The notes under the pieces: generated by a model | The model's database searches: none | The model's input: the letters and a program-made list of their open reading frames with translations, nothing else | Told to the model about the DNA's origin: nothing | Source of the DNA: Candidatus Latescibacterota bacterium | GTDB lineage: Bacteria > Latescibacterota > UBA2968 > UBA8231 | Assembly (NCBI GenBank): GCA_965208105.1 | Contig: OZ242318.1 | Location: 1,632,001-1,696,000, forward strand | Length of the DNA: 64,000 bases | Reading direction: 5' to 3' | Part shown: one piece after another, positions 9,802-18,284 of the stretch | Layout of the letters: the number at the start of each line of letters is the position of its first letter | How positions within the stretch are numbered: the first letter of the stretch is position 1 | Position numbers and translations under genes: made by a program

Positions 9802-10173
9802 ATGATTGAGAAAATTGCCACATCCGCAGTCTACGTGACCGATCAGGTGACAGCCATCCGCTTTTGGGCGGAACAGGTGGGATTCGAGGTCCGGAGAGAT
9901 CATCCCATGGGCCCCGAAGCCAGGTGGGTTGAAATGGCCCCGCCAGACGCAGACTCCTGTATCGTCATTTACCCGAAAAGAATGATGGAAGATTGGGCTG
10001 AACGGAAGCCTTCAATCGTATTCGAATGTGAAGATATTGCAGGAACCTACGAGTCGATGGCCGCACGAGGCGTGGAATTCTCCCGGGAGCCGGAAGAGAT
10101 GCCCTGGGGCAAGTTCGCCATCTTCATGGACCCGGAAGGGAACTGGTACGGCTTGCGGGAGAGGGCGAGATGA
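9802..10173 (+). CDS. VOC / glyoxalase family protein
   Basis: VYVTDQ..AIRFW...GFE, RWVEMAPP, RGVEF...PEEMPWGKFAIFMDPEGNWYGL. Start may be GTG 9790. Confidence 0.9.
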   Translation: MIEKIATSAVYVTDQVTAIRFWAEQVGFEVRRDHPMGPEARWVEMAPPDADSCIVIYPKRMMEDWAERKPSIVFECEDIAGTYESMAARGVEFSREPEEMPWGKFAIFMDPEGNWYGLRERAR

Positions 10174-10237
10174 GTTTCCCCGCTGGGGACCCCCCGGCCT
10201 GTGCCCTCGCTCGAAGGCTTACACTCGTGCGCAGGAA

Positions 10238-13120
10238 CTAGATCAGCCGGCCATACTCGGTGAAGCCGATCAGCCCGCGCACGAAGAAGGTCCACCCTTC
10301 GTAGTTCTTGTAGCGCTGAAAGAGATCGTCGAAGTCCACCTCGTTGCGGTTTACCCCGAAGATGGTGTGCAGATCATAGCCGAAGTAGCGCGAGCGGTTG
10401 GCCAGGGTCACGAAGGTGGAGCGCTGCTCGAAGTTCTCCCGCCGCAGGGTCCGGTTGTTGACCCGGTAGGGCAGCGGACCCCACCCCTGGGTCCCCGCCT
10501 GCAGCACCGTCCGGCTCATCAGCGGGTATCTCATTTTGAAGATGGGAATGATCCGGTGCTCGCCATGCAGGACGCGGCCGGCCTCGTGGTCGTTCTGGCG
10601 CAACAGCACCACCTTGAACTGGGGCGTAACCGTCAGCCTGCCCCAGCTCCAGTTGTAGTCAATGCGGCTCACCACGGTCCAGAGATCCAGGCGTCGCCGG
10701 CGCTGGAACCGGTCGTTGGGCAGGCGGCCTCCCTGCTGCCAGTTGAGCCGCAGGCGCAGCTTCTGCACCAGGTTCAGCGTCGACCAGGGATGCAGGCGGC
10801 CCTCCAGGTATGTCTCGTTGACGAAGCTGTCCTGGTATGACAGCAGGTCCGGCTGCCGGCTCCTCCTCCTGCTTTTGAATGGGTCCGCAATATCGTCCTG
10901 CACGCGGCGGAGGCCGGTCTCGAAGAAGAGCCGCCGCAGCCGCCCGATCCCTTCCCTGCGGTAGCTCACCAGGGCATAGAGAGAGCGGTTCCTGCCGCCG
11001 CTGGCGATCCCCTCGACGGCGTAACGCCCCAGCGCCACCGACCCGTGCCGGCCCAGGCCGGCCTGCCCGAAGAGATGGAAGCCGCGCTGGTCCGTATCGT
11101 AGGGGTGGTCCGCGTCCCAATCGTCCTCGCGGTGGTCGGGCTCGTCGTTGTGGTTGCGGTCCAGGCCGTAGACGTACTCGTTGGGCTCCACCTCGTACAT
11201 CATGAAGAGCTCCTCGTAGTCGGGGACTCCATTGGCGTTGCGGTCCGTGTCCACGATCCCGTCCCTGTCCTCGTCCTCGCCGGGGTAGGTCCCGTCCCTA
11301 TCCCCCCCCGATCCTCCGGGGCTGCCGAGAATATTGCCCAGGGAGAAATCGGGGTAGCGGTCCCCGTCCTCGTTGTCCTGCACCAGCCTCCAGATGGCGG
11401 TGTGGTTGAACAACCCCAGGAAAGGACTGGTGCCGCGGCTGGCGCTGTAGCTGTATTCCTTGTACAGGTAGGTCTCCATCTCGGTGGTGAAGTCCGGGTG
11501 CATGGAAAAGTACTCCGCGCCCACCCGGCCCCCTCCGAAGCGGTGCAGCGCATTGACGAAGTATGCCGAGCCCCGGCGCCCGAAGCGTGGGCTCTCATCG
11601 AGCAGAGGTCTCCGCTCCAGGCGCGCCGGGTAGCGCCCGTACACGGCAGAGCGAGCGTACTCGGCGCTCAGCTCCAGCCACCTCAACACCAGGTTCGCGT
11701 CTGCGCTGGAGGTGAAGATGGCCGTGTTCTCGCCCACCTGGAAGCGCACACGTCCGAGATTGGATCCATCCTCCACCCGTCCCCGCGCCCGCAGGGCCCG
11801 ACGGTAGAATGTGCTGCTGAAGCGCTGCTCGAATTTCGCTGCGGTCTCGTTGCCCTCGTTCAGATAGAGGCCGGCCCAGTCCACCCGGTAGTCGTTGCCG
11901 ACGATCGCTTCGACCGCAACGGACTCGACGTAGGGTTCCCCTCCCAGATCGAACAGATAGACCAGCTCCTCTTCTCCATCGGCATGCAGGATGGCCAGCG
12001 GATCTTCGAGCTCGAAGTTCGCCAGCAGACCCTCCAGGTGAGTTTCCTTGCCCACGTCGGCGCCCGCGGCGTTCTCCAGCAGATAGAGGTAGTCCGCGAA
12101 AAGCGGAATCTCCCGGCCGTAGTAGTAGTTGCGCGGACCGCTGATACCGTTGTAGAAGAGCGGAAGAAATTCCCCCGACGAAAGGGTGCGCCCCACCTGC
12201 GAGGGGACGCCCGCCCGGTGCCGGACCACCTGCGGCTGCAGGTCGGGCCGCTCCCGCCCGTTGAGGATCAGCCGCACCTCCTGCACCACCGCTCCGCCTC
12301 TGCCATCTTCCGGCGCGTCATCGGCAAACCGCACCAGGATCCACTCGTACAGGGGCTGATCAAGGCGCAGCTTGCCCTTGATGCTGTTATTGGGCTCGGT
12401 GCTGTGGTAGGAATGCAGGTTCACGCCGTTCAGGCCCAGGCGCAGGGCCCCCAGGTCGGCCTGGACGCGGCCTCCCGCCAGCAGAGTGGAATGCTCGGCC
12501 TCCACCTGCCCCGCGTTTTCGGAGGGCATGGACGATTCCCTGTTGGGCCTGGAAATGCGCGACCCCAGGGCGGTGAACTTCAGGTACGGGGTGGAAAGGT
12601 CCAGACGCAGTCCGTTGAGGTCGGTCTTCGACAGGGTCAGCGGCGACAGGTGGGCTATCAGCCCGTCGCCGACGATGGCGCTGTAGCCCCAACCGCCGTA
12701 GCCGTCGCTCGCCACCGCCATGTTCATGAACACCTGGTGCCACCCCGACCAGTCCTTGAAGAGCTCGCTGCCATGCCTCTGCTCCTGTTGACGCCGCTCG
12801 ATCCAGGTGAACAGGTCGAAGCCGGTGGTCAGGTAGTCCCCCAGGGGGCTCCAAAGGGTCTGGGCCCGGTCGACGCCGATGGCGAAGTTCCCGCCGAGCA
12901 GCGACCCCATGGTGCGCACGGTCCAGCTGTGCTCGGGATAGTTGGTGAATGGATTGAAGGCGAAGTTGCGGTAGGGAGGACGCTCGTGGCGCAGAAAAGA
13001 CCGTGTCTCCAGCGCCCCGGCAAGTGCCAGCCGGGGTGGCTCCTCAGCCACTGCCGGCGTCCATGGGACCAGGCAGAAGATCAGGAGGGGGAGGCGAGAC
13101 CAGCTCCGGCCCTTCAGCAT
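10238..13120 (-). CDS. Large exported hypothetical protein with Asp-rich Dx[DN]xDG segment; probable outer-membrane protein (paralog of 24424..27429)
   Basis: 960 aa with signal peptide; QDNEDGDRYPD...DEDRDGIVDTDRNANGVPDY...LDRNHNDEPDHREDD; alternating hydrophobic beta-strand pattern at the C-terminus. Confidence 0.75.
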   Translation of the reverse strand: MLKGRSWSRLPLLIFCLVPWTPAVAEEPPRLALAGALETRSFLRHERPPYRNFAFNPFTNYPEHSWTVRTMGSLLGGNFAIGVDRAQTLWSPLGDYLTTGFDLFTWIERRQQEQRHGSELFKDWSGWHQVFMNMAVASDGYGGWGYSAIVGDGLIAHLSPLTLSKTDLNGLRLDLSTPYLKFTALGSRISRPNRESSMPSENAGQVEAEHSTLLAGGRVQADLGALRLGLNGVNLHSYHSTEPNNSIKGKLRLDQPLYEWILVRFADDAPEDGRGGAVVQEVRLILNGRERPDLQPQVVRHRAGVPSQVGRTLSSGEFLPLFYNGISGPRNYYYGREIPLFADYLYLLENAAGADVGKETHLEGLLANFELEDPLAILHADGEEELVYLFDLGGEPYVESVAVEAIVGNDYRVDWAGLYLNEGNETAAKFEQRFSSTFYRRALRARGRVEDGSNLGRVRFQVGENTAIFTSSADANLVLRWLELSAEYARSAVYGRYPARLERRPLLDESPRFGRRGSAYFVNALHRFGGGRVGAEYFSMHPDFTTEMETYLYKEYSYSASRGTSPFLGLFNHTAIWRLVQDNEDGDRYPDFSLGNILGSPGGSGGDRDGTYPGEDEDRDGIVDTDRNANGVPDYEELFMMYEVEPNEYVYGLDRNHNDEPDHREDDWDADHPYDTDQRGFHLFGQAGLGRHGSVALGRYAVEGIASGGRNRSLYALVSYRREGIGRLRRLFFETGLRRVQDDIADPFKSRRRSRQPDLLSYQDSFVNETYLEGRLHPWSTLNLVQKLRLRLNWQQGGRLPNDRFQRRRRLDLWTVVSRIDYNWSWGRLTVTPQFKVVLLRQNDHEAGRVLHGEHRIIPIFKMRYPLMSRTVLQAGTQGWGPLPYRVNNRTLRRENFEQRSTFVTLANRSRYFGYDLHTIFGVNRNEVDFDDLFQRYKNYEGWTFFVRGLIGFTEYGRLI

Positions 13121-13209
13121 ATCGTCACCTGTTCATCGGGTGTGCCGCCGGCAGAGCCGCATTCCTGAACGAAGGACCATGGCACCAGGCGGGGCGAGCC
13201 CGATCCCGT

Positions 13210-13869
13210 TCAGGGCTTGCGCGCCAATATGGTCCAATGCCAGGCACCCGGGTATACCTGCCCTGCCAGGGTTTGCTCCTCTTCCCGCAGCCTTACGACT
13301 TTCCAGCCGGCGAGCAATCGCTGTACCTCCTCGCCGTCGGAGTAGTGATGCTCGTGGCCACCATCGCCTTTTTCGGGATTGACGAAGGTATAGGGCTCGA
13401 CCTCGGTCCCCTTGCCGCACCATTCGTTGCGGGTGCTGTTGAGAGTAATGAACAACAGTCCGGTCTTCCTCAGCACCCGGTGAATCTCCCGGAGAGCGGA
13501 CTCCATGTCACCGAGGGTGGCGTGATAGATCACGTTGTAGCACAGGACGAAGTCGAACTCCTCGTCGCCGAAGGGCAACTGCAGCATGTCGCCCTGCCTT
13601 ATGTCCGCCTCGAGGCTCTGGGATTTCAGCCATCTGCTGCAATGCCGGAAACCACTGGCGGCAGGCTCGATCCCGGAGGTTGCGAACCCTTCGCCGGCAA
13701 AAAGGACCACGTGCCGCCCCAGGCCGAAGCCCAGGTCCAGGACGCGGGACCTTTTCTCCTTGCGGAGCCTGGGAATGAGGCCCCGCACTTCATCGTCCGC
13801 CACGCTCCAGGACCTCAGGGAATCGCTCTTCTTCCAAAGTGACTCGAAATCCCTATCGTCGTCACCCAA
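13210..13869 (-). CDS. Class I SAM-dependent methyltransferase
   Basis: RVLDLGFGLGRH motif I, GDMLQLPF..EEFDFV, EIHRVLRKTG; TTG start after GAGAGG. Confidence 0.9.
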   Translation of the reverse strand: MGDDDRDFESLWKKSDSLRSWSVADDEVRGLIPRLRKEKRSRVLDLGFGLGRHVVLFAGEGFATSGIEPAASGFRHCSRWLKSQSLEADIRQGDMLQLPFGDEEFDFVLCYNVIYHATLGDMESALREIHRVLRKTGLLFITLNSTRNEWCGKGTEVEPYTFVNPEKGDGGHEHHYSDGEEVQRLLAGWKVVRLREEEQTLAGQVYPGAWHWTILARKP

Positions 13870-14078
13870 GGAATAATCCTCTCTCGTTCAGGATGAATGA
13901 ACCCGCCCACTCCCCCGGGATCGGGCGGATCACAGCTACAGGCAGCCCAGCTCAAAGCGCGGGGTGAAGATTTCCCCGCATTATTCACACGCGCCCCATC
14001 CGCCCGTTGCCGCTGCATATAAATAGCAAAAAGATGGGGGCAACGTGGGCAAGCGGCTCCCATCTCTCTCTGCCATAA

Positions 14079-14107
14079 AATATAAACAATCTTCTCGCCC
14101 GGGTCAA
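14079..14107 (-). promoter_or_regulatory. sigma70-type promoter for the methyltransferase leader
   Basis: TTGACC (14107-14102), 17-nt spacer, TATATT (14084-14079). Confidence 0.65.
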
Positions 14108-14157
14108 GTAAAATTTACTTAAACCCAATAAAAATAGAATGATAGGAAATTTTTTAC

Positions 14158-14185
14158 TTGACAGATTTCCGCCCTCCGGTATTTT
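14158..14185 (+). promoter_or_regulatory. sigma70-type promoter for the S9/S8 peptidase genes
   Basis: TTGACA (14158-14163), 16-nt spacer, TATTTT (14180-14185); AT-rich upstream element. Confidence 0.55.
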
Positions 14186-14255
14186 TTCAGGCACCAGTCC
14201 CTCGTCCATGGACATCTGGGAACCGCAGTTGTATCACCTGCCGTGGAGGGAACCC

Positions 14256-16415
14256 ATGAAGGATGCCATATCCGCTCTCGTCGATCTGTCCGGACCCACC
14301 GGGCGGATGCCCTTTCACCTCTCCCCTGACGGACGGCTACTCGCGCTCGGCCTACAGGAGCGTGGCGACCGCCCGCGGGGACCGAAGTTCGACCAGTGGG
14401 GAGTCCCCCGGGAAATGGCCGGCAGTTCGGTGGTGGTCGTCGATACCGCCACCGGTAAATCGACACGGCCCTTCCCCGAAGGCAGCGAGAGCTGGGGGGC
14501 CCGGTGGTCTCCGTCGGGCGACAGGCTGGCGGCCTGCGTGCGCCACGAGGGAGTCGCGTGTCTGGGCATTTGGGAAGTTGGAACGGGGGAGATCGAGCTG
14601 CTGCGGGAGGCTCCTGTGCTGGTCCGCTATGGCTTCGATCTGCCCCAGTGGACCCCCGATGGAGAGGGGATTGTAGTGCCCCTCTGGCCTGCCGGCCGCG
14701 AATACCGGGAGGACGAGGACGATCCCGTGCCCGAAATCGACGTCAGGTCCTTCGATCCCGAGGCGGCGACCGAGGCCGATCCCGCTATAACAAGGCGGCG
14801 GTGCGACCTGGGCCATGTCAGCCTCTCGACCGGATCCGCCACCAGGCTGCTCCGGCAATGGGACTCCGGACATTGGCGCATCGCTCCCGACGGCCGCCAC
14901 GTGGCCTGCACCCGCCACCTCGAATATGTAGCGCGCCTGCAGTACTCCCTGTCCGAGCTTTTCACCGTGGATATTGAGACTGGCGTGGAGAGGGTGCTCA
15001 CCTCGGACATGGCCGGCGCCTTCAGCATCAACTACGCCTGGTCCCCGAATTCTGCCCGCATCGCCTATACCTCCTGCGGCAGAGGCCGGCCCGACGAGCT
15101 GTTCATCGTCGCCGCCGACGGCTCCCAGGAGCCGGTAAATCTGACTCCAGGGCCCGAGTTCGACCTCCTGCTGAAGTACGACACCCCGCGATGGAGTCCG
15201 GATGGATCGAAGCTGCACTCGCTCGGCGGCAGGGACTGGTGGCAGTTCGACCTGGAATCCGGCCGCCACAGCCGCGCTTCGGTCCCCGAAGAGTGGACCC
15301 TGCGCCATTGGATCGCCCGGCCGGCGCAACCCACGCTGCAACTGACCCGGGCCGGGGACCTGCCCGTCGTCCTGCGGAACCAGGCCGACCTGAGCGAGCA
15401 GGTGGCCCATCTGGACCAGGACGGTGAGTTGAGACAGGCGGCGGATATACCGGGCACCTGCGTGAGCCGCGTCTGGCACATGGAGGTGGACGATTCCTCC
15501 GGGTGCTGCTACCTGATGGCGGAGGAAGCGCACCGTCCGCCCTCGGTGCTGCGCATCAAGACTGGAAGCCATGACTGGCTATTCTGCGTGGCTCCCGAGG
15601 TCCAGGGGTCCATGCTCGGCCGCAGTGAGCTCATCGACTTCGCAGCGGGCGGCAGGCAATGCCGGGGAACGATGCTGCTTCCTCCCCAGGCGAACCCGCC
15701 GTACCCGATGATCGTCAGCGTGTACGGAGGCTACCGAGGCGCGGAGGTGATCAATCGCTTCGGCCTCCAGGGAGCTCCCCACGCCGTCGAGCCGCAGCTC
15801 CTGTGCGGCGCCGGCTACGCGGTGCTGCTACCGGAGGTGCCGCTGGGAGAGAGGGACCCGATGGCCGGTCTGGTGGAGCCGGTACTGGCCGCGGTGGAGC
15901 GGGCGGTCGAGCTCGGTCTGGCCGACGACGGGCGCGTGGGTCTGATGGGGACGAGCTACGGCGGCTACAGCGTGGTGTCGCTGATCGCGCAGACCGAGAG
16001 GTTCCGGGCCGCACTGGCCGTTGCCCCTTGGGGTGTGAACATGATGAGCATCTACGCCCGGCAGAATGGCGGAGGCATAGGCTGGTGCGAAACCGGCCAG
16101 GCCCGCCTGGGGGGCTCGCCCTGGGAGAACCGGGAAGCCTACATCGAGAACTCGCCCTTCTTCCTCCTGGACCGGGTGTCCACCCCCCTGCTGGTGGTCT
16201 GCGGCACAGGGGACCAGCCCGGCTCCAACCAGGCCGAGGAGACCTTCGTCGCCCTGCGCCGGCTAGGAAAGCGCGTCGAGCTGCGGCTCTACAGGGACGA
16301 GGGCCACGGCACAAGTTCCTGGTCCCGCCATGCCCTCGACGATCTCTACCGGCGCGTCCTGGAATGGTTCGACTGCCACCTGGCCGAGGGGCAGACCCAC
16401 GAGGAAATCGCTTAA
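14256..16415 (+). CDS. S9 family (prolyl oligopeptidase / DAP2-like) peptidase
   Basis: Repeated WSPDG-type propeller motifs; GTSYGG nucleophile, GTGD, EGHG catalytic His. Start set at ATG 14256 after GGAGGG. Confidence 0.9.
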   Translation: MKDAISALVDLSGPTGRMPFHLSPDGRLLALGLQERGDRPRGPKFDQWGVPREMAGSSVVVVDTATGKSTRPFPEGSESWGARWSPSGDRLAACVRHEGVACLGIWEVGTGEIELLREAPVLVRYGFDLPQWTPDGEGIVVPLWPAGREYREDEDDPVPEIDVRSFDPEAATEADPAITRRRCDLGHVSLSTGSATRLLRQWDSGHWRIAPDGRHVACTRHLEYVARLQYSLSELFTVDIETGVERVLTSDMAGAFSINYAWSPNSARIAYTSCGRGRPDELFIVAADGSQEPVNLTPGPEFDLLLKYDTPRWSPDGSKLHSLGGRDWWQFDLESGRHSRASVPEEWTLRHWIARPAQPTLQLTRAGDLPVVLRNQADLSEQVAHLDQDGELRQAADIPGTCVSRVWHMEVDDSSGCCYLMAEEAHRPPSVLRIKTGSHDWLFCVAPEVQGSMLGRSELIDFAAGGRQCRGTMLLPPQANPPYPMIVSVYGGYRGAEVINRFGLQGAPHAVEPQLLCGAGYAVLLPEVPLGERDPMAGLVEPVLAAVERAVELGLADDGRVGLMGTSYGGYSVVSLIAQTERFRAALAVAPWGVNMMSIYARQNGGGIGWCETGQARLGGSPWENREAYIENSPFFLLDRVSTPLLVVCGTGDQPGSNQAEETFVALRRLGKRVELRLYRDEGHGTSSWSRHALDDLYRRVLEWFDCHLAEGQTHEEIA

Positions 16416-16444
16416 GAATACTTCTCGAACCCATGGGAGGAGAT

Positions 16445-18091
16445 ATGTGGCCGACCCTGCGAGACTTCCTCAGAGTGCCCGGCGAGCTTACGGGCAAGGG
16501 TGTTCGCATTGCCGTCGTCGACGGGGATTTTCCCAGCCATCCCGATATCACCAGCAACGAACGACGCACGACCTGGAAAGTGATGGTGATGGAGCCGGAC
16601 CCGCAGCCCAGGGTGCTCGCGGCGGAGCCAGGACCATGGAAAGGAGGCGCTCATGGCCTGTGGGCGGCGGCCTCGGCGGCCGGATCCGGTGCCGAATCCC
16701 GGGGCCTGTACCGGGGTATGGCGCCGGAAGCCGATCTTTTCCTCGTAGCCGAGTACTTCCCCGGCCAGGGAGAAGACCCCGAAGGGCGGTATGCGGCTCA
16801 TCTCAAGGCGCTGGAATGGGTCCGGGACAACTGGAGGGAGCACGAGATACGAGCCGTATTGTCGGCGCGCCGATGTGGAGTCGACTCGAGCCTTCTGCCC
16901 TGGCAAACCGAGCCAGTGCGCATCTTGTGCGAAGAAATAGCGGCCGCAGGAGTGCTGGTAATGGCAGGGTCGGGGAATACCTCCGACCGCACCGCCGGGA
17001 CTACCGAAGCCGCGGCTCCGTCGGTCCTTTCCGTCGGCGGGATCGCGATCCCTCCAGAAGGGGACCTGGACCGGGCGGAAATGTTTCCGGGGAGCCGGGG
17101 TACGACCTTCGAAGGAAAATGGATTCCGGAGATTCTGGCGCCGGCGGAGAACGTCGTCCTTCCCCATGGAACCGATGAAGAGGTCGACAGCCACTTCTAC
17201 GGCAGGATAGACGATCTTCCACGGGGCTATGCCCGCGAACTCGGGACATCGTTCTCGGGGCCGATCGCTCTTGGAGCAGCAGCGTGCGTGTGGCAGGCGC
17301 ATCCGGACTGGACATCCCGGGAGATGAAAACGGCCCTCATCGCTTCGTCGCTTAAGCGTCCACGGTGGTCGGACCTGCGCGCCGGCCTGGTCTCGGTCGA
17401 AGGCGCTGCGGCGATGGCAGGCCCGCAGGACCCACCGGCGGCGTTCCCCTATCAGACCTGGTCAGCCTGGCGCAAGCACCCGGTCGAATCCCGGATCGAC
17501 CGGCTCGGTTCCGCCGATTCCGACCAGGTAAAGGATATCATTCTTTCCTTTCTCGGCGATGCACTCCCCAACGAGGCCCTCAAACCAATCGGTGAGTGTT
17601 CAACCCATCTGACACCCGGGGTTCGCGCCGCTGCCCTTTGCGCCCTTGCAAGCGAAGCGCCGGAGGTGGAACCTGATCGCATCGCGGAAGGAATTGGGGA
17701 CGATTCGCCGATTGTCCGATCAGCGGCGGTACATCTTCTGCAAAATTGCCGGGCTTTGTGGTCAGAGTGCGGCGCATCTCTGATCCCCCTCTTCAATGAC
17801 CCCAGCCTGGATGTCCGCTATGTATCCGTTCGCCTCGCCGAAAGGATGGCTCATCCGCGCTTTGCAGAGGCAATCGCCTCCGGTCTCGAAGAGGACGCCC
17901 GCCACGATCGAGCATGCCACTTCGGGACACGAAGAGAGGCATTGGAAGCGATAACCGGCCATCGCCTGCCGCAGAATCCCTCTTACGTGCATGGACATCC
18001 GCATTACTCGGGCAAGCTCCGTCATGGGCGCCTGGACCTGGCGCATCGGTGGGAGGATTGGCTCCGAAATGACTGGCCGGGCAGGGCGTGA
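16445..18091 (+). CDS. S8 subtilisin-like serine peptidase with C-terminal HEAT repeats
   Basis: LTGKGVRIAVVDG (Asp), HG (His), GSGN oxyanion Asn, PEILAP, GTSFSGP (Ser); GVRAAALCALA, DDSPIVRSAAV and DPSLDVR HEAT repeats. ATG 16445 with GGAGG RBS. Confidence 0.88.
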   Translation: MWPTLRDFLRVPGELTGKGVRIAVVDGDFPSHPDITSNERRTTWKVMVMEPDPQPRVLAAEPGPWKGGAHGLWAAASAAGSGAESRGLYRGMAPEADLFLVAEYFPGQGEDPEGRYAAHLKALEWVRDNWREHEIRAVLSARRCGVDSSLLPWQTEPVRILCEEIAAAGVLVMAGSGNTSDRTAGTTEAAAPSVLSVGGIAIPPEGDLDRAEMFPGSRGTTFEGKWIPEILAPAENVVLPHGTDEEVDSHFYGRIDDLPRGYARELGTSFSGPIALGAAACVWQAHPDWTSREMKTALIASSLKRPRWSDLRAGLVSVEGAAAMAGPQDPPAAFPYQTWSAWRKHPVESRIDRLGSADSDQVKDIILSFLGDALPNEALKPIGECSTHLTPGVRAAALCALASEAPEVEPDRIAEGIGDDSPIVRSAAVHLLQNCRALWSECGASLIPLFNDPSLDVRYVSVRLAERMAHPRFAEAIASGLEEDARHDRACHFGTRREALEAITGHRLPQNPSYVHGHPHYSGKLRHGRLDLAHRWEDWLRNDWPGRA

Positions 18092-18102
18092 GGCTCGACC
18101 GG

Positions 18103-18160
18103 GTTCCTGGTCCCGCGATGCCCTCGCCGACCTATTCCGGCGAGTCCTGGAATGGTTCGA
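18103..18160 (+). repeat. 58-bp diverged direct repeat of the S9 peptidase 3' end (16315..16372); gene stub
   Basis: 52/58 identical by manual alignment; SWSRDALADLFRRVLEWFD versus SWSRHALDDLYRRVLEWFD. Confidence 0.9.
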
Positions 18161-18284
18161 TCGGGGTTTTTGATCGGGATTCAAGAACACGAATGAAGGA
18201 TTCCATATCTCATTCAGGTAGTTGAGCCGGTCAATTGTGCCGGGGAGTTGGATTTTCTACCTTGGGCACCAGCGATAATTCCCC

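Noticed and set aside
15659-16444. N-terminal 262 aa of the 810-aa ORF as part of the S8 peptidase
   Set aside because: It overlaps the S9 gene in another frame and is low-complexity. A GGAGG RBS supports ATG 16445.
16315-18160. 58-bp repeat pair as a DGR template/variable repeat
   Set aside because: The six mismatches are not confined to adenines of one copy, and no reverse transcriptase is in the window.
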